Of a stretch of DNA of 64,000 nt, positions 59,309-64,000 are shown piece by piece. The DNA is from Alphaproteobacteria bacterium (GTDB taxonomy: Bacteria; Pseudomonadota; Alphaproteobacteria; UBA6615): the NCBI GenBank assembly GCA_965261975.1, contig CBDHEC010000022.1, forward strand, positions 32,801 through 96,800, written 5' to 3'. The stretch's first letter is position 1; each line of letters begins with the position of its first letter. Both the position numbers and the translations under genes were made by a program. The notes beneath the pieces were generated by a model that was given only the letters and a program-made list of their open reading frames with translations, was not told the DNA's origin and made no database searches.

Positions 59309-59674
59309 ATGATTCAAGGCGAGAATCGCAAGGTCTGGTTGTCTATCCGGCGTGGTTTGCGGGGTCGCTGCCCCAATTGTGGCAACGCGCCGTTGTTCCG
59401 CACCTATCTGAAGCAGGTGGACAATTGTGCCATCTGCAACGAAGCCTGGTCGGAGGTCCGCTCCGACGACGCGGCGCCCTGGCTGACGATCCTGATCGTC
59501 GGCCATCTCATGGCGCCGGTGATGATTCACATGATCAAGCACCAGTATTTCACGCCCTGGGTATCGGCCGCGATCCTGATCCCCGTCATCATCGGGTTGT
59601 GCCTGTTGATCCTACCCTTCGCGAAGGCGCTGTTCATGGCCGCCATCTGGTCGCTCCGCGCGAACAGCTCCTGA
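59309..59674 (+). CDS. DUF983 domain membrane protein
   Basis: RGLRGRCPNCGNAPLFRTYLKQVDNCAIC...DDAAPWLTILIVGH. Confidence 0.85.
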   Translation: MIQGENRKVWLSIRRGLRGRCPNCGNAPLFRTYLKQVDNCAICNEAWSEVRSDDAAPWLTILIVGHLMAPVMIHMIKHQYFTPWVSAAILIPVIIGLCLLILPFAKALFMAAIWSLRANSS

Positions 59675-59694
59675 CGCCACGCACTAAAGGCCCG

Positions 59695-62085
59695 CTAAAA
59701 CTTGCCCAAAGCCTTCAGGATCCGCTCCGGCGTGATCGGCTGATGGGACAGCCGAGCCTCGAACGGCGACAGCGCATCGTTGATCGCGTTCATGACCACC
59801 CCGGGCGCACCCGCCGTGCCGGCCTCGCCCGCGCCTTTCGCACCGAGCTCGGAATCCGCCGTCGGGGTCTCCACATGGCCGACCGAGATGTCCGGCATCT
59901 CGACCGCCATCGGCACCAGGTAGTCGGCCATGTTCGCGTTCACGAGATTGCCGGCCGCGTCGTAGCGGCACTCTTCCATCAGCGCGCCGCCGAGCCCCTG
60001 GACGACGCCGCCGCGGACCTGTTCGTCCACCAGCTGCGGGTTCAACACCGTGCCGCAATCCTCGACCACCCAGTAGTTCAGGAATTTGAGGAATCCGGTA
60101 TCGGGGTCGACCTCGACGTAACAGGCCTGGAGGCCGTTGGTGAAGGCGATGTTGTATTCCCGCGGCACAAAATGGCGCGTCGCCATCAACTCGGGCTGGA
60201 ACCCCTTGGGGATCATGTCCGAACGGAAATAGGAAATCCGCGCCACCTCGTCGAGGCCCATACGCTCGTTGCCCGTGTCATCGTCGACGACAACACCCTC
60301 GCGAATGTCGAGGGTCGCCGGGTCGGCCTGGAGCAGCTGGCCCGCGATGTCCTTGATGTTGTAGCGCAGCGCCTTGGCCGCACGCAGGACGGCCTCGCCG
60401 CCGATCCCCGCACCGCGCGAGCCCCAGGTACCGCCGCCGGTCGGCACGTTGTCCGTATCGCCGGTGATCACCTTCACCCGGTCCGGCGTGGTGCCGAACG
60501 CGGTCGCCGCGATCTGGCCCATGACCCCGTCGGTCCCTTGGCCCTGCTCCGTGACCGAGGTGTGGACCACGATGGAACCGCTCGAATCGAGCCGCACCTG
60601 GGCGCCGTCCTGGGACGAAATTCGCGCACCGCCGATGCCGTACATGGCCGCGCCGGGGTTGGTCAGCTCGATCATCGCCGCGAAGCCGATGCCGCGGTAG
60701 ATACCCTGCTCACGCAGTGAATCACGCTCGGCCTTCATGCCCTCGTAATCCATCGACGCCAGCAGCTTATCGAGCGTCTGGTGATGGGACAGGCCCTCGA
60801 ATGCGATACCGCTGGCCCCCTTGGTCGGATAGGCATCATCGGCGATCAGGTTGCGCCGCCGGATATCGACCGGATCGATGCCGAGCTCACGCGCACCCTT
60901 GTCCACCAGGGCCTCGGTCACGGCGAATGCCACCGGGTGACCGACCGCGCGGTACTGGCACATGACGTTCTTGTTCTGAAAAACGACCTGCGCCTTGGCC
61001 CGGTAGTTTTGATGCTTGTAGGGGCCGCCGGTGAAATTCAGGACCTGGTTGGCCTCCATCGCACTGGTGCGCGGATACATGGAATAGGGACCGACGCCCG
61101 TCAGATCATCGACCTCGATCGCGGTGATGTCGCCGTCCTTGGTGAATGCCATCTTCGCATGCACGCGGTGGGCGCGCGCATGGATGTCGGTGAGGAAGGA
61201 TTCGAGCCGGTCGGCGGCAAACTTGACCGGACGGCCCAGCATCTTCGACAGCGCGGCCGTCGCCATCTCGTCGGCATAGACATGCACCTTGATGCCGAAG
61301 GAACCGCCCACATCCCTGCAGATCACCCGGACCTGCCCCTCGGGCACGCCGATATGCTTGGCGAAGATATGCTGCATCATGTGCGGCGCCTGGTTCGACA
61401 TGTGCACCGTCAGCTTGTCGTCGGCCTCGTCATAATCGGCCAGGAGCACCCGCGGCTCGAGGGTCACGCCGGTGTGGCGGTCAAAATGATAGGTCTCCTC
61501 TACGACCGTGTCGGCAGCTGCGAACGCCGCGTCCACGTCGCCTGAATCGACCCCGTTTTCGAAGGCGATGTTGTCGCCCAGATCAGGGTGGATCACATGG
61601 GTGTCCGGATCGCCGGCAGTTTCCTCGTCGGTGACGGCGGGGAGTTCTTCATACTCGACCAGGACCGCCGCTGCGGCGTCTTCGGCCTCGGCCCGACTGT
61701 TGGCGACAACGGCAACGACCGCCTCGCCCTGCCAGCTGGCCTTGTTCACCGCGATTGCATGCTGCGGCGCCGATTTGAGGCCCTTGAAATGGGTCAGCAC
61801 ACCGACCCAGGGCTCACAATATTCGGCCAGCTCGGCACCCGTAACGACCCGCACGACGCCGGGCATGCCGGCGGCTTCACTCGTGTCGATAGACAGAATA
61901 TTCGCATGTGCATGGGGCGAGCGCAGGAACACCGCATGGACCATGCGAGGCAGTTTCAGGTCATCCACGAACTGCCCCTTGCCGCGCACCAGCTTGCGCA
62001 CGTTCGGGCGCGGCACCACCTTGCCGATGTAACTGTTGGGGCGTCCCAGGACGCTCGAATCCGGGCTCAGGGCTTCGTCGGTCAT
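59695..62085 (-). CDS. Xanthine dehydrogenase-family Mo-binding large subunit (paralog)
   Basis: RSPHAHA, VGGSFGIK, QYRAVGHP, GGGTWGSRG and GAKGAGEAG. Confidence 0.9.
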   Translation of the reverse strand: MTDEALSPDSSVLGRPNSYIGKVVPRPNVRKLVRGKGQFVDDLKLPRMVHAVFLRSPHAHANILSIDTSEAAGMPGVVRVVTGAELAEYCEPWVGVLTHFKGLKSAPQHAIAVNKASWQGEAVVAVVANSRAEAEDAAAAVLVEYEELPAVTDEETAGDPDTHVIHPDLGDNIAFENGVDSGDVDAAFAAADTVVEETYHFDRHTGVTLEPRVLLADYDEADDKLTVHMSNQAPHMMQHIFAKHIGVPEGQVRVICRDVGGSFGIKVHVYADEMATAALSKMLGRPVKFAADRLESFLTDIHARAHRVHAKMAFTKDGDITAIEVDDLTGVGPYSMYPRTSAMEANQVLNFTGGPYKHQNYRAKAQVVFQNKNVMCQYRAVGHPVAFAVTEALVDKGARELGIDPVDIRRRNLIADDAYPTKGASGIAFEGLSHHQTLDKLLASMDYEGMKAERDSLREQGIYRGIGFAAMIELTNPGAAMYGIGGARISSQDGAQVRLDSSGSIVVHTSVTEQGQGTDGVMGQIAATAFGTTPDRVKVITGDTDNVPTGGGTWGSRGAGIGGEAVLRAAKALRYNIKDIAGQLLQADPATLDIREGVVVDDDTGNERMGLDEVARISYFRSDMIPKGFQPELMATRHFVPREYNIAFTNGLQACYVEVDPDTGFLKFLNYWVVEDCGTVLNPQLVDEQVRGGVVQGLGGALMEECRYDAAGNLVNANMADYLVPMAVEMPDISVGHVETPTADSELGAKGAGEAGTAGAPGVVMNAINDALSPFEARLSHQPITPERILKALGKF

Positions 62086-62142
62086 CGTCTCACTCCGCTC
62101 ATGCATTCCCGCCGCGTCGGATGCGCGGTTTGGGGATCAGAA

Positions 62143-63345
62143 TTATTCCACACCCGGGCTGCGAAGGCGATTGCGAACCGGATGCCGGTTGGCGTCCTTT
62201 ATCCCCAGCGCATCCTCGCCGATCAGGATTCGCTGCACATTCGCGGTCCCCTCGCCGACCGCGAGCATGTTGACGTAGGCGGTGTATTTCTTGATCGGGT
62301 ATTCGTCCGCCAGGGCATAGCCGGCGAAAATTTCGGCCGCCCCCGCCGCGGCCTCTTTCGCCGCCTCGACGGCGAGATACTTGGCGCGGGACGCCGCCCG
62401 GGTCGCGGGGTGCCCCTCGTCCATCAGCCAGGCCATGCGGTACACCATCAAACGCGCGGCATCGATATGGGTGGCCATATCGGCGATCAGATGCTGCACC
62501 ATCTGATACTCGCCGATCGGACGACCCCGGATGACCCGTTCATTGGCATAATTGATCGCCTCATCGAGGCAGGCCTGCGCCAGCCCGACTGCGCGCGCCG
62601 ACACCGTCAGGCGTCCGAACTCCAGCGCGTTCATCGCGATCTTGAAACCCTCGCCCTCCTCGCCGAGGCGGTTTTCCGCCGGCACGACAAACTCCTCGAG
62701 GAACACGGCGTTCGAGGCGAGGGCGTTCGACAGCCCGGTCATGGGAATCGGGTCGGCCGTGAACCCGTCATATGTTTTCGGCTCGACGATGAAGGCCGTG
62801 ATACCGCGATGACCCGCATCGAGGTCGGTCTTGGCGAACAGCACACCCACGTCGGCGGCATTGGCGAAGGTGATCCATTGTTTCGACCCGTTCAGGCGGT
62901 ACACGTCCCCGTCGCGCGTGGCCGACGTCTTCATGGATCCCGCCGCGTCCGAACCGCCCCCGGGCTCGGTCAACGCGAACATGCCGATCCGCTTGCCGGC
63001 AATCAGATCGGGCACATGGGCATCGATCTGCGCCGCATTGCCCCAGTTGAAGATCGTGAAGGGGCAGGTCATGCCTTGCATGTTCATGCAGTAGCCGAAT
63101 TCCGGCGCCGCCCGGGAGATCGCCTCGGAGATCGCGGCCACGGCCACAAATCCGACATTCGAGCCGCCGAGCTCTTCGGGAAAGGCGGCACCGAAGAACC
63201 CGGCCGCCCCCATCTTCGCGACCAGGTCGCGGGGAAATTCACCCGACGCCTCATACGCCTCCATTTCGGGGGTGATCTCGACCTCGACGAACCGTGCAAC
63301 CGAATCTGCGAACGCAGAAATCTCTTCAGGCAGGGTGAAATCCAT
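62143..63345 (-). CDS. Acyl-CoA dehydrogenase family protein
   Basis: FALTEPGGGSD, NGSKQWIT, GEEGEGFK and GEGTANVQR. Confidence 0.92.
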   Translation of the reverse strand: MDFTLPEEISAFADSVARFVEVEITPEMEAYEASGEFPRDLVAKMGAAGFFGAAFPEELGGSNVGFVAVAAISEAISRAAPEFGYCMNMQGMTCPFTIFNWGNAAQIDAHVPDLIAGKRIGMFALTEPGGGSDAAGSMKTSATRDGDVYRLNGSKQWITFANAADVGVLFAKTDLDAGHRGITAFIVEPKTYDGFTADPIPMTGLSNALASNAVFLEEFVVPAENRLGEEGEGFKIAMNALEFGRLTVSARAVGLAQACLDEAINYANERVIRGRPIGEYQMVQHLIADMATHIDAARLMVYRMAWLMDEGHPATRAASRAKYLAVEAAKEAAAGAAEIFAGYALADEYPIKKYTAYVNMLAVGEGTANVQRILIGEDALGIKDANRHPVRNRLRSPGVE

Positions 63346-63419
63346 CCGCGCGTTCCTTTATTCCTGCGACCAATCTATTTAACATCGCCCGAACCTTGGA
63401 AAGAAAGCTGGAAGCGCAC

Positions 63420-64000
63420 GTGAGCGAGCTTTTCACATCCGTCGAAGACCTGGCAGATCGCATCCCCGACGGGGCGAAGGTCGCCATGGCGCCGGACTAT
63501 TCGGGCTGTTCGATGGTAACGGCACGCGCACTGATTGCCCGAGGCGCCAAAGGTCTTCACCTGATCGGGGTTCCCTCGGTCGGCTTCCAGGGCGACATGC
63601 TGGTCGGCGCAGGATGCGTCGACACGCTGGAGACCGCCGCGGTCACGCTCGATGAATTCGGCCCTGCCCCGCGCTTCATGGCGGCGGCAAAAGCGGGCAC
63701 CCTCAACATCATCGACGGCACCTGCCCGGCGATCCACGCCGGCCTGCAGGCCGCCGAGAAGGGCATCCCCTTCATGCCCGTGCGCGGCATTGTGGGCTCC
63801 GACCTGTTGACCCACCGCGACGACTGGACCACCGGCACCGACCCGTTCGGCGAACAGGAAGGCCCCCTCGTACTGGTCAAGGCGATCCGGCCCGACGTGA
63901 CGCTGATTCATGCACCGCTGGCCGACCGAAACGGCAATGTCTGGATCGGCGTGCGCCGGGAGATGATGGTCATGGCACATGCCGCGCGCGAGACATTCGT
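63420..64000 (+). CDS. CoA-transferase subunit A (glutaconate CoA-transferase-like), partial at window end
   Basis: Manual translation from GTG 63420: SVEDLADRIPDGAKVA...DMLVGAGCV...GLQAAEKGIPFMPVRGIVGSDL...AIRPDVTLIHAPLADRNGNVW. Confidence 0.85.
   Translation, partial: MSELFTSVEDLADRIPDGAKVAMAPDYSGCSMVTARALIARGAKGLHLIGVPSVGFQGDMLVGAGCVDTLETAAVTLDEFGPAPRFMAAAKAGTLNIIDGTCPAIHAGLQAAEKGIPFMPVRGIVGSDLLTHRDDWTTGTDPFGEQEGPLVLVKAIRPDVTLIHAPLADRNGNVWIGVRREMMVMAHAARETF

Noticed and set aside
59297-59312. Sigma54 promoter (TGGCAC...) before DUF983
   Set aside because: The -12 position reads GA rather than GC and overlaps the start codon.
22316-63423. Long antisense ORFs (e.g. 22316-24019, 28605-30458, 57759-59246, 59056-60720, 61588-63423)
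   Set aside because: These are shadow ORFs opposite well-supported genes, as expected in high-GC DNA.
1-64000. CRISPR arrays, IS elements, prophage or rRNA genes
   Set aside because: No regularly spaced repeats, transposases, integrases, phage genes or rRNA-like stretches were seen.

Overview
GC-rich alphaproteobacterial (Rhodospirillales-like) chromosomal segment. The left part holds housekeeping genes (trmD-rimM-rpsP-ffh, dapF-mtaB-ftsY-yciB, pgk). The middle is catabolic and rich in diverged tandem gene pairs. The main signal is a selenium region at about 34-55.5 kb. It contains selA, selB, tRNA-Sec (selC) and an oxidoreductase-SelD fusion, plus four genes that the ORF track splits at an in-frame TGA lying in a CxxU/UxxC redox motif and followed by a SECIS-like hairpin. 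These are an AhpD-like protein (in a trx / AhpD-Sec / Cys-less AhpD operon), a peroxiredoxin-like protein, and two tandem PrdB/GrdB-like proteins carrying a ~175-aa C-terminal domain I cannot assign. No Grd/Prd partner subunits are in the window. Three stand-alone molybdenum hydroxylase large subunits flank the region. An RTX gene and a convergent phosphotransferase gene appear fused at a deletion or assembly junction near 11.7 kb. All product calls come from motif recognition by eye; no database searches were run.
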